A stretch of 64,000 bases of DNA from Rhizophagus irregularis. Its lineage: Eukaryota. The notes under the pieces are model-generated. The model was given only the letters and a program-made list of their open reading frames with translations. It ran no database searches and had not been told where the DNA came from. The translations under genes and the position numbers were made by a program. Where the stretch lies: the NCBI RefSeq assembly GCF_026210795.1, contig NC_089435.1, positions 4,464,001-4,528,000 of the forward strand, read 5' to 3'. Shown here in pieces: positions 47,061-61,327 of this stretch (within the stretch, counting starts at the first letter, position 1; every line of letters begins with the position of its first letter).

Positions 47061-47678
47061 AACAGGGCGGACATCCTCATATTATCACATTATTGCCGAT
47101 CATTTTGCCGATCATCTATTTTAAATATTATCACATAAAAAATACCATTTTTTTGCAAATTTAACTATATAAATTTTATTTGTTATCAAAATTTATCCAA
47201 AGTCCGAAAATTAATGTTTTCAAATCCAAAAATTAACTAAAACCCAAAAATGGGCTGAATTTTAATAATAATTAGAAAATTGAAATTATTTTAATGATAT
47301 TGTGACAACCAGTGATTAAAATTTAATGTTTTATAGCTTTTTAGATTCATCTCGTCAAGACAAACATTTTGATAGTAATTTTATAATTTTTTACGCCAAA
47401 TTGATTGAGAAATTGCATTTTGAAAATTTCTATTTATTATATAGATTATAACAAATATAATTGCAAGTATAAATTTAGCCATAACTTCTTGATTACCTAA
47501 AATTAGGAATGATTACTTCGGCCATTGATTTTAAATCAGTTAAACTATAACCCATAAAAGTTTCAAGCTTCGGCCAAACTTCTGTGACTTTGGCCGAAGT
47601 TTTAAAGTCTGATATCACCCAATTTACTATAAGATCGGCAAATGATCGGCAAGGTGATATAAGGATGTCCGCCCTGTT
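47061..47678. mobile_element. Non-autonomous DNA transposon (MITE) with 9-bp TSD, MULE-like
   Basis: TIR AACAGGGCGGACATCCT / AGGATGTCCGCCCTGTT; TSD AAATAGAAC at 47052-47060 and 47679-47687. Confidence 0.88.
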
Positions 47679-47701
47679 AAATAGAACTAAGACTAATTTT
47701 A

Positions 47702-48181
47702 TTAACTATACAAATAATTAATGGTTTTTTCAAGCCCTGAACGAAATAAATCTCGTCGTCTAATAAAGATGTGTGCATCGGTGCCAGTTACTAAATTTAT
47801 GCATTCGAGGGCTTCATTGTGTTGTATATGAAAGTTTCTATGATCCGGATACCACTTTTTTTTATGCGCAATCTTATTTCTAGCCGATCTGTAAATGACC
47901 ATCCACCTCATTTCATCAAAGGTTACATCGCCGAAATCTTCACCAATCTCTAAAAGATTGTATTTAATTTCATCATCACCTTCTTTGCTAAGGTCATACG
48001 CTTCATAAAATAGATGCGAGAATGATTCATATCTCTTGCCGTATCTTGTTTCGTATTCTTTAATGATAACTTTCTGCCACTGCTCCATGATCTGGCAAGT
48101 GTTATCAATAGAGTCTCGAGAAGCTTCCCCAAAACATTTCTCTACGGTATCTTTATTAATAATTAGTGTTAGATTCGACAA
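47702..48181 (-). CDS. Terminal exon of a hypothetical host gene
   Basis: 159-aa open frame with upstream intron-like segments; RSARNKIAH is a possible HEPN-like RxxxxH motif. Confidence 0.4.
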   Translation of the reverse strand: MSNLTLIINKDTVEKCFGEASRDSIDNTCQIMEQWQKVIIKEYETRYGKRYESFSHLFYEAYDLSKEGDDEIKYNLLEIGEDFGDVTFDEMRWMVIYRSARNKIAHKKKWYPDHRNFHIQHNEALECINLVTGTDAHIFIRRRDLFRSGLEKTINYLYS

Positions 48182-48501
48182 GGATAATCAATTCCATTCA
48201 TATTATGGGCTTTACTTACTTTGAATTATAATTAACTTATCTCTATCATTTACAGCAGATGATACGTCCTCGTATATTCTTTTGTATATAGTGACGGTAT
48301 CCGTAGTCCCAACAGAATCTTTTTTTGGTAACAATTGTTACCGGCTTTTTGTAAAATCGTAGCCATAATCTGTATTTATATTAAGAAAAACTTCTGTACG
48401 TAAAACAAACATGATATTTATGAGTAAAATCACTTACCAATAATAAAGGTATGACACATAAGCCACCCACGTGAATCGAAAAAAATAAACCTATGTGAGT
48501 A

Positions 48502-48745
48502 CAGGGACGTTAATTCGGGACAAATCTGTAATTCCTAGCTCAAATTACAAATATAAGTTCAGGCCGTACCAATCCCAGCCTTACGTGAACTTAATACGTG
48601 ATTTTTACGTAAAATTATTTCTTGTCGCCCAAAAGGAGATCAATTGACATAACATATACCAAATTATGCAACGCTTTCTTAATCCAGCATCTTCTATGCG
48701 GTAAATTTATTTAATTTTGCAATTTGCATAAAATCAACGTCCCTG
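48502..48745. mobile_element. hAT-like MITE with 8-bp TSD
   Basis: TIR CAGGGACGTT / AACGTCCCTG; flanks TGTGAGTA (48494-48501) and TGCGAGTA (48746-48753) match at 7/8. Confidence 0.78.
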
Positions 48746-49467
48746 TGCGAGTATGCGATCCGCCCGATAATTTTACTAGGCAGTTACCGGAGAAATAATA
48801 GGACTCATCACTGGTGAGACTTTCCTTTCGTATCTTCTGTCACAATAATAACCTTTACCATACCCATCATATTCATTATACCTCCTCTTCAAAATCACTG
48901 TCGTGACTACAGTCATCATTCACCTTATCTAGTACCTTTGGTGCCTCTTCATTCGTTACTTTCTCTGACTGAAATATGGGATCATCAAAATACGCCTCAC
49001 CATCATAATATACCTTATCATAGTCAGTATGGATATCTGCCTTAGCTGTTATTTCTGAGGGAACGTGATTCTGATTTTCATTCGGATTGACTTGATCAAT
49101 AATATATTGTATTTGAGGATTAAGTTTCTTATAATTAGACCTACACTCCACGATTTTATTGAGAATATGCTTGCTTTGTTATGATCAATTTATTTCTTGC
49201 AACATTCACTTGGCAAATTGTCAAGTTTTTCGATGCTTATTGATCCGAGAATTAGGAATTTCATCCGCAAGAGAAGAAACTCGATTGTTATTAGCATTAG
49301 ATATCGGTACTTCGAAGATATCACTCGCTTCCTCACTAAGGAGAAACTTTTCAAGCTTGTCAGAAGTCTTGGGCTTATCAGGCACCTCGGTCTTATCGAA
49401 CATTTCACTTCCCTAAATATAAGGCCCATAGTGAGAAAAACTCGCTCCCATACATACATAACTTCTA

Positions 49468-49808
49468 GCATATACATACCTTAATTTTTTCGCGGGAAAC
49501 TTCCACATACTCCTACATGCTTTATAACTTGCTGGGAAAAAATTAAGGAGGTATGAAGCGTAATTAGTATTGTTGTCTGAAGCTAAGAGTTCTATGAAAG
49601 CGCATGCAAATGGAATTTTCATACCTTTTCACATGTAGATCTACCGGAAATACATATAGTTGGTTTTACGCCTGGCTATCTCAAAATTGTGACTCCCTCA
49701 GCCTTTCATAACATATAGTACTTTTGTCGGCACTATTTACTTTTAGAGCTGGTCCTGTGTTGCAACTAGACCTCCTTTCACATTTTTCTCACATTTGTTT
49801 GGGGAAAA
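49468..49808. repeat. Dispersed repeat, copy 2 (matches 45380-45785)
   Basis: The derived minus-strand ORFs start alike (MRIPFACAFIKLL / MKIPFACAFIELL). Confidence 0.85.
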
Positions 49809-50002
49809 AAAGATAGGGGTATTGGTTAGCGAATATATATGCGAAATTAATATGCGAAAATGTCGCACAGACCTTTTATGTGATTCGATGGCGCTGTGCA
49901 TGGCTCAGCAAATTCTTCCGAGCTGGTAATCACCGCTCCGGGTTGATGATCAGTATTCCGGACTCAAAATTGAATGTATGCTAACCAGAGATAAACACAA
50001 TC

Positions 50003-50487
50003 ATGACAAGAAATACTAATAATGAATTTGTTCAAAGCGAAATACTTGAAAATCAACTATATGAAGTTCTTTTGTACAAGAAGATGGAAGTATTAGCTAT
50101 TCAGGAGCGCATAGCCGAAAGAAAACTTGGTATTAATGACAATGCAATCCAAACAGCATTGAATCAAAGCAAGAAAGCGGAAATACTTGATTATTCACTT
50201 GATTATACAAGTAAACTATTGTTTGATTTGGTGGAGAAAATTATATCGATAGAGGAGGATCTTGAGACTGGTGGCCACCCAATGCTTATTATATTACATC
50301 GATATAGAAAAGATCTTATGGATGTATCAATAGGGGAATTTTCACTTAGGGAAAAATAAGTGAAAAATACCATTTGCTTTTATATCTGGAAGCGGATATA
50401 AGCATGATTCAAGCTTATCTTGATATTGTCGGTTATACTAATGAAGAAACGATAAAAGAAGATGCTGAGAAAGATGTGAGAGCATAT
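50003..50487 (+). pseudogene. Hypothetical gene interrupted by the Academ-like element
   Basis: ORF 50003..50359; coding-like sequence continues to …DAEKDVRAY at the insertion point. Confidence 0.35.
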
Positions 50488-53400
50488 CAGTCACTGGAAA
50501 TGTCACAAAAAAAGTGGGCAAATTTTTTTTATTAAAGGTCGGCAAAAAAAAAATTGTGGCGCAGTAATATCTTTAAATGTATATCACATATATATAATTT
50601 AAGTTGGCTGAAATTAACTAGATCGGGTTAAATTTGCCGATCAATAATTAATAATTCCGGCCAAAATTTTTGTAATGCTGGTAAATTTTATAATGCCGGC
50701 CTAAATTTTGCGAAAATTAAAAAATAAAGGTATAACGTAACACTACATTTTTATAATATGACGTTTAAACTTAAATAACAAAAGTAAAGGCACATGACCT
50801 CTACTTTAATTTTATTAAAAAGTTTTCTTATAGCGTTTATTACCTGACTTGGATCTCTCCTGGAAGTTGACATACTTTTTATTGTTAAAAGTAACGAAAA
50901 GTAGAAGAAACTTTAGAATTTATTAAACGCGGTAAGAAATTTAAAACTCTAAACCAATACTAGTAGAAATATATGTATTTTTCTTACTTAAAAATTCAAT
51001 AAATAACCTTTTTTTAATTTTAAATTTATTAGACAGTTATTTGATAATGAACCCAGCAAATAATGATGAGCTTTTTAACGAATATGAGAGCTTAGAAGGA
51101 AATTTGGTAGCTGATGAAGATTTGGTAGATAAGGACGAAGTTTTTTATACTTATGATGAAAATTATGAGGATATAAGTGACATAGAAAATAATAATAATA
51201 ATGAACCTTTGTTTGAATTAGATTTTAATACGCTCACGAAGGTTAAACAATTTACTCAACAAAATACTTCTGACGAAGAGGATGAAAGTATAACAAGTGA
51301 TACAGAAAGTAATTTTTCTGAATCAGAATCTGATGAAGAACATGATGAAATTATTACTCAATTAAAAGATAAACAAGAATTAAGTCCATGTGTAATAATC
51401 GATGTATTTGAAGGTAAAATTCAGCGATGTAATTCTACAACAAATTTAAGAAGACTTTGGCAAATGGTTGGTATGTGGCAAATTGATGAAGAAGAGATTA
51501 AGAAAAAGCATTTTTCAATTAAAAATTTAGGTGTCTGTTATACACACTTTATGTTTGATCAAAATAAATTACATATAACAAATTTAAAGCAAACTAAAGA
51601 TTATACTGAAAGTATTATTCATCGTCGCCGTTGTTTATTTTGTAACAAAAATAAGTTTTTTTTTAGTCGTGGTAAAAATTGTATACATCATTCATATATA
51701 GTTATGGGTAAAAATATTCAAGTTCCTTGTATAGGACAAAAAAAATGTGGCGCTTTGCAAGAATACCATCCTCTTGTAATTTCAACAGAATCAAGTAAAT
51801 ATGCACGATATATATGTATGGTGTGTTATGAAAAAAAGGGTGGGTATGTTTACCAACGTGTTGGACGAGGTGTAAAAGAAGATCCAAACTGTGACAATAT
51901 GTCACATCATGAAAATGATATTAAAGAAATATTAGAAGCAATCGGACATTGGATTCTTAATATTGCGACTTGTGAAAAATCAATGTGGCAAAAAAAAGTT
52001 TTAATACATTTAGTTCGTGTTATTACTCAACTTAATCAAGAAAAATCTAATAATACATCAGATATATTAATACCATTGGCAGATACAAAAACTGAAATAT
52101 CTTCTTTATTTATTATTCTAATTATTCTTGCTTTAATGAAATTTAATTATAATTTAGATAAAAAATTAAATCCTAAAAATCTTACACCAAAAAATTTTTT
52201 TGAATTTGGAGAAGCATTAGCACATTCAACAATACTTGCAAAAAATGAATTAAAACTTCATAAAAAATCGCTTGAATCACCTATTTCTATAGAAGAATAT
52301 TGTGCATCATTTCCTTTGTGTTTGGTACAATTTTATAATGGTCTTCTAGAAACTCTATATAAAACAAAAAAGAAAATTATAGACTGAAAAAAAAAGCATC
52401 GTGAACAACAACCAAAACCTCTAAATTATGATAATATTAATAAACAAGTTACATTTTTTGTTTTAATAATCTTAAATATTGCATTTAAAGGATGGAATAT
52501 CTGGTTACCTCGAACAATGGCAAGTCTTTGTCATAAGCCAAAACTTTTGTCATCTTTGCAAGGGATTTTAAAAATAGTCAATATTACTAGCCATACTCAA
52601 AGACACGAACGTAACTTAGAAAAAATTCGCGCTCTTTTAGTGGATCCAACTAGTTGAATTCTTCATGGAGAAACTATTTGGAATCTAGGTATAATTGACA
52701 ATATAGATTTTAAGGAAACTACATTTGGCTATGGAAACATTTTTGATGCTATTAGAGGTAATTCACATGCTACATTACGCATGTTATTTCAATATCAATT
52801 ACCTGAATTACCTGAAATTCTGGAAGTGCAAGAAATAATTCATGATCAGCAACAACTTTTCAGACAAAATTCTTTTTCACAAAAAACATTTCATACTTTT
52901 AATTTAGTTTTTGAAAAACTGCTTGCCTTTAGTGAAAATTTTACATACCAGTCAGATTTTGATGAAAGTGATATACGTAATCAAATTATGACATATTTTA
53001 AAGTTGGATGTAATTTTTCGCCAAACATCATAATTCGTAATTAACAGTGCAGGACCATGCGTGAGTGATTCGCAATACGTAAATGTTTGAAGATGTATGA
53101 AAATGAAATTAGTATTGGAAATAATAATTATATTAATGTTGTTGCTGATGAAGCAATATTTAGACGTGGGATTAGTTTTTGTAAAACAAATAATAAAATA
53201 AAAATGATACTTGGGCAGTGGCATACAAGTAAAGATATGATGTCTACGCTAATAACAATATTTTCAGGCTACGGTATATTTAATATGGCAGGAATATTAG
53301 GCGTTCAATTTTTGGATAAATTGGAGAAGGGTGTAGATTTTAGGGCTACTTCAAAAGTACTGGAATTAATTTGGATTGCAATTGGGCTGGCAATTCATTT

Positions 53401-54030
53401 ATATGCAAAAAAGAAAGAAACAATTATTAAATGATATATTAGAAGAAAATAAACTTATAAAAATTTGGTACCTATATTTTCAGTGGGCTAGTTACTGGCG
53501 TGCACATTGGTTTGGAATCCGATGGGGTATTTTTGATTTACAGCATGAAAGCTTAAAAGCCTTTTCTCCATTATTTTCCATTGCTGGTAAATCAAACTAT
53601 GCTAGATCCGTAACACACCATATTTATTGTATTGAGAATAATTCTAGACTTCATGCAATGCTTCGTGTAGCACCATCCGTTAATTTAACAAACCCTGGAC
53701 ATTTTTTTGCATATGACGAAGCCTTGGAAACAGATGGCGTTAAATTTGTAAAACAGAATGTAACAAGAATTCCTACAGATTCAGAAGAATTAAAGTTAAA
53801 AATAAAAGCCACCCAATTAGAAAAAGAACGAACAGATATGTTGATTTGTGATTAAATTGATGATTATGTTCAAAGTTCCAAGCCACATAATATTCAATCT
53901 CGAAAGGAAAAGATTTGGGAACTTGTACATCAGTTGATTAATGCATTTGAATCTGAAAATCCTCTCAAAAATCCAATATTTGAATTCTGTAATAATTTGA
54001 ATAATAAAGGAATTGATCAGTTAGTTGCTG

Positions 54031-57000
54031 CAGGACCCCGGAAAATACATATACAGGTCACATTTAAGTTTTGGCGAATTCATGAAAATTTAAGGGGTAG
54101 TCATAATTTTTAGTTTTGGCGAATTGTATGAATTTTCTCATAATCATATTATACGTTTTGGCGAATTGAATGGATTTTCTCATAGTCATATTATTCGTTC
54201 TAGCAAATTTATCCTGTTTTGGTATTTTTTTTTTTTCACCCTTTCTCACGATCAGAAGTATATATTTTGAAACCAACTACGCGTTTTTTTTACAAAAACT
54301 AAAACTTTACTTTTATAATGTTGAAGTGGAAGCATACTCGAACTCGCTTAAGTGATAATAAATTTTGTGCAGCTATTATTAATAAACGTGAAGTATTTTG
54401 CAAATGTGGACAAAAGGTTATTCTTGATAACGACTATGATGAGAAAAGGCTTAACGAACATTCTAGAAACTCTAGATGTAAAATAAATAACCAAAAACGA
54501 CAACTTGGTTTACCTGGTTTGTTTCCTGTCTTACCTAATCCTAAAAAAGTAAGAGAAGACTTAGAAGACTCATCACCGCCACCACCGCTACCATCACCGC
54601 CATCATTTCCAAATAAACCATGTCCTGGACTCCATTCTGAACAAATTGTTACTTATATTAATCGAACACCAGCTACATATGGAGGTGCGTACGACGACGA
54701 AGTAATTGGAAAAGAAATGTTTCCAAATAAGTTTCCAAATAAACTACCATTTAATTCTAAAAAGCTCAATAAGGAGGAAATAACCGATTTTAATCAGCAA
54801 ATGATTGTTGAATCAGAATGGTTTATTGATCGTCTTAGTAAGAAAAATTAGTTAACCGTATGACGATCATTTATCAATTTATTAATACTGACGTTTAATT
54901 TAGGAATGTGCGTTCGATCAGTCAACTGTGAGAAAAAAACTTATGGGCAACCCTGTTCACCATGTTCCCATATTTATTTTAATTCAACTTTTTTGAATCG
55001 TTTGCATTGTGTAGTTCCCGATCCAAAAAATACTAAATTTACACCGAAATTTTATTATGAAAATAATCCGTTATTAATATATCTAAAAAATGGTCATATT
55101 AAACAATTAAATGAATTCCTTAATACCGAGGATTCATCTGTAGGATTTTGGATGGAACTTGCTAATAAAGCTGTTCAAGGTGCATTTGACCAAAAACCAG
55201 TATTTAAAGGACTTTGCTATATTATGTTACAAGCTGCAGAACGTAAAGAACAAGAAAAAGGCTTACGAAATCTCAAATATCCAACTGAATTTTTAAATTT
55301 TCTTATAGTGTTGGGAAGTATTAGTTTAAAAGCATTGGATTTGTTCCATCAGAATTTAGCTGGTATGACAATTCGTACAATAAGGTAATAATGATAGTAC
55401 AATTAAAATTATCTAATTAGCATGATTATATCTATAATTAAGCATAATTTTTTATATGTACTATATAGGTATCATAGAAGTATTTCTGAAGACGCTATTA
55501 ACAATCCCGATCTTTGTCATGAGAATGTTGCTCGATTTAAAAGGCTCTTAGATTCATTACACTATAAAGGTCCTGTTGTAGCTATGACGGATTGTACAAT
55601 TTTAAAGTCCGGGTTGCAATATTCAACAAATTTAGGTTGTATTGTTGGATCAACTCTATACTGAAATGATTGCAAAATTGAAACCTATGATGATATATAT
55701 AAAAAGATTTCTGATATCAAGCAAAGAAATGCGATTGCAAAATATGTTAGAGTTTACGTTCTTCAGGTAAATTTATTAAAAAAATTGATTTGAATTTTAA
55801 TTACTATTATTAAATTTAATTGATTTAAATTATTAGGTACCTCTTCCAAGGTTTCCACCCGTAATTGTGGCATTAATTCCAACTGGAAATGACAGTGCTA
55901 ATAAAATTTTAGCACTTCATCAGAAACTTATTGATATCGCAGCAGATTTTGAATTACCTATAATTTCTATCGGATCAGATGGTGCTGCTGCTGAATTTCA
56001 GGCACAAAATTTACTACAATCAATTAGAACAAGAAACCGTGTTCAGCATCGAAATTCCCGATATGGAATTAATTTCAACTGTCCTGTATTTCCCAAAGTT
56101 GGACCTATAGTTCGTATTCAGGATCCTAAATATGGGAAAAAAACAGCAAGAAATGCAGCTATGTCTGGTGCTCGTTTACTTACATTTGGTAATTCTACAG
56201 TACGATTTGATCAGCTGTTAACGTTATCTTTTCAAGAAAATAGCATTATGTATAAGCGAGATGTAATAAAATTGGACCGTCAGGATGATAATGCTGCGTA
56301 TAGAGTATTTTGCTCAAAAAATTTGGCACAAGTATTAGATGGAGAAAAGGGATTATCATCTGAATTTTGAGGATTATTTGTATATCTCTTTGTTATGGGT
56401 ATGTATAATGTATTAATTTTAAAATCTTTTATTACTTATTTTGAAATTTGGTTTATTAATTAATATTAATTTATTTTAGGTGAGCTTCTCGATAGTTACC
56501 TTAATCGAAACATTACACATTATGAGAGGATCGAAATGGCTATGACAGCATATTTTTTTTTACATTTGTGGAAGTATCATATCGAGACTCTTAGTGATCT
56601 TTATCCTTCATATATATCTATTTCAAAAAACTTTTTAGCAATGCAAACTTTTAATATTATGATTAGTTTAGTTGAATCTTTGGTTCTTTTAATTAAGATT
56701 CACAGAGATTACTATAAAAATATACCTTTATTACCATGGAAGATGGCACCGAATCTTGTGAACATATTTTTGGAATTTCTCGACAATTTCGTTCTGATTT
56801 TAATTATTTGGAAATTCTTCAAATGGTTCCAAAAATTAACCAATATCTTAGGTCTGTTCAATCAGATAATTTGCTATTTAGAAAGGAAAAAATTGTACGT
56901 GAAGGTAAATTTTATGATTAACATATATTCTGTGATTATTTTTAGTGAAATTTAAACATTAATGACAAAAAGCAAAAAAAAAATTATATTATTTTTTACT

Positions 57001-58473
57001 TATCACGAAACTTACATTATTATCAGGTTATGACTTTAATGAATATGCAGAAATTAATCTTTCAAACAATAATCTTGAATGTTTACGGTATTGGCCATCT
57101 GATATTGAAATTGATAATGCAATTAGTATAGGTTATAAGAGAGCTATTCATCTAGCAAAATATTTGGAAATGACAGCCGTATCTGATGCTTATTATTTCA
57201 ATATTCATAAGAGATTTCCGGATTTACAGCTTGATGATTTTTAGGATGATAATCCAAATCCTAGAATTATGGATAGTAATGATGAACTTAATGTGGATAA
57301 TTTGTCAACTAATCAATGTATAAATCACGCAATATCTAAAATGAATATAAATCGAGAAGAAGAAATTAATTCTGATGATTCGCAAATTACATTTCTGATG
57401 GAAAAAAATTATAATTGTCAAGTAATTGTAGAACTTGTAGAAAAATTACCTGACATTCCATGGTTTCCAAATGGTAAATAATAAGTAATAACAGTAATTA
57501 ATTCTTCATTTTATTGCTAATTTTGTATTTTATATTTATAAATAGATCCTAAATTCAACTGTAATTATATATTGGATGGTGAATTAAATGTTGATTTTTT
57601 TTTTGGATTTACGTCAAAGCCATGATGCCTATACGAATAGAAATCTTGAACGAACAAAAACTGTTTTTAAAAACAATGAAAATAATACTTTAGATAAACT
57701 TGATGTTAATATAGCCAGTAATTTGGTTTCATATTTAATGAAAAATGATGATTCTACCTTGACTAAATCACGAGAAAATAGATGGAAATCAAATAAAAAG
57801 ACTGATAATAACACAAAAGGTAAACTAATCTATTAATCGTTAATTGTTAAAAGATGAATTTTTTTCATATTGTTTCTATTTTTAGATCATCCACGTGCTG
57901 ATAACTCTGCTTTTTTACCGTTACAAATCAGATCTTTCGTAATAGCTAAATTTGACAATACATTTTGTGTTGCTCAAATCATTGCCATGTATGAACAAAA
58001 GTCCTTGATGCATTCATATACTGATACTCCTGTTTCAGATCTCAAATCTCTTTCTTATGTATCTATGAAAATTTTCTTTCATGTTAATGGTGCAATTTTT
58101 TCAGAGATTCGGGATCATCATTTTTTAATTTTTTCTCATACTAAAGCTTCTCATATTATTCATCATTTGGTATTAAAAGATGTTATTATTAGTGAAGAAG
58201 CATTAATTCTTAAAGGACAAGCAAAGGAATATTTTAATGCACTCCTTAAAAGTAATAATAAATAAAATCTTAATAAATATAATAAATAAATTTTTTTTCT
58301 ACATATTTATTTACATATAAAAATAAAGTCATGCTTTAGTTTTGGCGAATTAATACTAAATTTGTATGTAATAATTCAATTTTTGGCGAATTCAACTGAT
58401 TTTAAGGGTAGCGAAATACCCATAATTTTGTGCAGATTATTTATGACCTATATATGTATTTTCTGGGGTCCTG
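54031..58473 (+). mobile_element. P-element/THAP9-like DNA transposon with 30-bp TIRs and TSD TTGCTG
   Basis: CAGGACCCCGGAAAATACATATACAGGTCA vs the reverse complement of 58444-58473 (28/30 match); TTGCTG at 54025-54030 and 58474-58479; TTTTGGCGAATT subterminal motifs near both ends. Confidence 0.88.
54318..58265 (+). pseudogene. Multi-exon P-element-like transposase, disrupted
   Basis: VAMTDCT (D), IGSDGAAAE (D), IQDPKYGKKTARN (DxxHxxKxxRN-type, H changed to Y), DRQDD, ESCEHIFGISRQ (E); several GT-AG introns. Confidence 0.75.
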
Positions 58474-60303
58474 TTGCTGCATATGAAATTGGTATTAAAA
58501 GGTTGCAAACAATAGTAAATCAAGAAATTCTTTTGACAGAAAATTATACGACTGTTGGAAGAAGAGCAAGGAACATTACACGCGTTACACTTGCTGATAT
58601 TGCTAAAATGAAAAAAGAAAGAAAAATAGAAGAAAGGGAGGAAAGAGAAAAGGCGAAGAAAAGTGGAAGGGGAAGGGGAAGGGGAAGGGGAAGGGGAAGG
58701 GGAAGGGGGAGAGGAAGGGGGAAGGGGGAGGAGGAAGGGAAAGAGGAAGAGGAAGTGGTGATGAAGAAGCAACTACATAACATATTATACAAATAATTCT
58801 TTGATTAACACGTTAAAAAAACTATTTTTTTAATATATACAGTATATAATAAAACTTTAAATTACATAATAATTAATGTAATACAATTAGAATTAATAAA
58901 AAAAAAATTATTAAAAAGTAATTAAAATACTTTGATCATCCTACGAATTTGCTAAATCAACCTATCAACCTACATGTTTATTATCATTCTAATATTAAAA
59001 AAAACATTGGTCTACGCGAAAAAATAATAATTTTTAAAACAATTTATACAAAGAAAAGTTATTGACTTACGGTTGCAAATAAAAGGATGTGTGGCATCAA
59101 TCATTTAATATTCTTATCCTTTGAATGCTTAGAAAGAGAGAACAAAAAAAAAATTAGTGAAAATGTAACCCAAAAAAATATTATACAGCTTATAAAAAAC
59201 TATAAATTACAAAAAAAAAATATCTTTTATTTATCTTTTTACCGCATTTAACTTTATAAAAGTTTCTTACCATAGTAAAAAATCGGGGTTTTCATCCTTT
59301 ACGTGAAAACTGTCTAAATAACCACTTTTACGACCTTAGAAAAATTTTTTCCTCTTGTAGATTTACATATATCTATACTGTTAGAAATGTATTTTTCTAC
59401 ATATCCCAACTTGGATCTTGAAAACCGCTCATTTTTAAGGTGTTTTTCTATAAAAGTAAAAAAAAAATTTTTTTTTATAAAAAAAAAAAATAATGATAAA
59501 AATTGATAGAACACATGATGGTCTATCAACTTCATAATTTACATAAGCATGATGGTTTGGAATTCGACGATTGGTTACAAAATGAAGAGGTGCAATCAAT
59601 GTTATACAAACTTAATTTAATATAAAAATGATCTGCATGTGACATTTCCAACGACTGATATATTCAAAAGTTTTAGACGTTCCAAGTTTGGTAATACAGA
59701 AATTCATCAATAGGGATAAAACGGTTTATTTTACTAGAGAGGGATTACTGTTATTTCTGAAGGTCTCTCCTCAACAATAGCATGAAGTTTTCATAAAAAA
59801 TTCAGCTGGTACGGACCAATGCCCATGTCTAGAATATACTTCTCCGCTAATTATTTACGTCATATTTCAGCGAACGGACCAATTCACTATTTATTATAAA
59901 ATTACTATAAATTAATTACGTCTGTCAAAATACATTACGTCTGTCAAAATAAATTTAATTAGTATTTTGTCATTTTGACGAAAAGTATAGTCTAGAACAG
60001 GTTAGTTAATTTATATTTTTTTGTCCTTTGCATAGTAATTTTTATAATTATTTGGAAGAGATTGTCCAGGATATAAGTCTTTTCCTCTCAATTCAATATG
60101 CTTTCACAGAATAGGTGCACCGCATCTGTACCATAATCGGGAAACAAATAGGGCGGGATAAAAAAATTTATCTACCGCTAGGAAATATAGAATCCACTCT
60201 AATAGTTCTGGTAAATTTATAACACCTAAATGTGCCATAAATAATATATGCTGTATCTTTAATCGAAAAAATGTGATTTTGCATCAATGATCACTACTCC
60301 GGA

Positions 60304-60830
60304 CTATTGGTTGGACCAGATTTGACTTTGATATGGGAGGATCACAAAATTATCATCTATTGTTAGTGTCGAATTACACATATTTAAGCGTACACTATTT
60401 TCTCGCATCCATGGTGAGCCCAAAAGTATTTCAGGAAATTGATCAGGCCAATCTGGTCCAGTAACTATAAATTCAGTGGGTATGATTTTATGCTTCTCGC
60501 CATCATTTAAGATAATACGTAGATTAACCTTTCCTAATGTGGAATAAGACTCATCTAGAAACCCATATACTCTAGGAATACTATTGTCTTTTGCGTATGT
60601 TATTTTCACAATTTTTTCACTAATGAAATTTGCATTAGCGCATATGTCAATCCTAAATCAAAAATCTGTAAGAATTACCTTTTTGGGCTGTTCAAGATTC
60701 ACCTCTCTTTCCCATATGTCATTTATACCGCTAGCATGTTTTAGATCTGGAAGATACTTTAAAATAAATGATATCAACTCTGATGGAAGAAGCTCAAGTA
60801 AATTCGATTCATGCATTTTTATATGATAGA
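60304..60830 (-). pseudogene. Third retropepsin-like protease, disrupted
   Basis: F*FRIDICANANFISEKIV…VYGFL…TLGKVNLRI…PTEFIV…EILLGSPWM. Confidence 0.7.
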
Positions 60831-60886
60831 AGAATTTTCAATCAGAAAATATGGTTAGTTATAGCACGAAGTGATAACTAGTTAAA

Positions 60887-61327
60887 TCAGACTTTTTGGA
60901 TCAGATACCTTCTTGGCTTCGCCTTATTATCAGATTCTCTCTTCGCGCATATTATTTTGCCTGGATCCACTTTCTTTTCTGGTAGCGCGTGATCAGAATT
61001 GAATTCCTCAGATGAACTGGACTCAGACGAAGTATTTATGGATTCTTTACTACAATTGCAATGTTCCATAGTAAATAGTTCGTCTACATTATCATCCAGT
61101 CACTTTACACATTCTTCTAGTAGTTTAACTCTCTTTTTAAGCTTTCTATGCCGAGAACAATAATGATCTATCCTTTTTGCTAGTGCTCTATTTTCACTGG
61201 AAAGTACACTATATACTTCTGCATTTTGCTCATTTAGTCCAAATGCCTGGGCTAATATTTTCGTATATCTAATAACTTCCTGCTCGCTAGCTATACTATC
61301 GGATGAATGCTTTTGATCGGCTATCAT
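60887..61327 (-). pseudogene. Hypothetical coiled-coil/Ser-rich leader upstream of the protease
   Basis: Two short in-frame ORFs collinear with the protease. Confidence 0.35.

Larger units (their letters stand above)
51041..58796 (+). pseudogene. Putative DDE transposase (Academ/DUF6589-like), split by the nested element
   Basis: Cys-rich N-terminus; IIDNIDF, VVADEAIF, LGQWH, PLFSIAGKSNYARS, AYDEALE. The frame rejoins across the insert: DQLVA|AYEIGIKRL. Confidence 0.65.
50488..59657 (+). mobile_element. Academ-like (DUF6589-type transposase) DNA transposon with 20-bp TIRs and 4-bp TSD ATAT
   Basis: CAGTCACTGGAAATGTCACA (50488-50507) vs TGTGACATTTCCAACGACTG (59638-59657), 18/20 match; ATAT on both flanks. 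The superfamily call is from motifs and is less certain than the boundaries. Confidence 0.78.

Noticed and set aside
58664..58740. RGRGRG tract as a separate RNA-binding gene
   Set aside because: A GGGGAA microsatellite in the tail of the outer transposase
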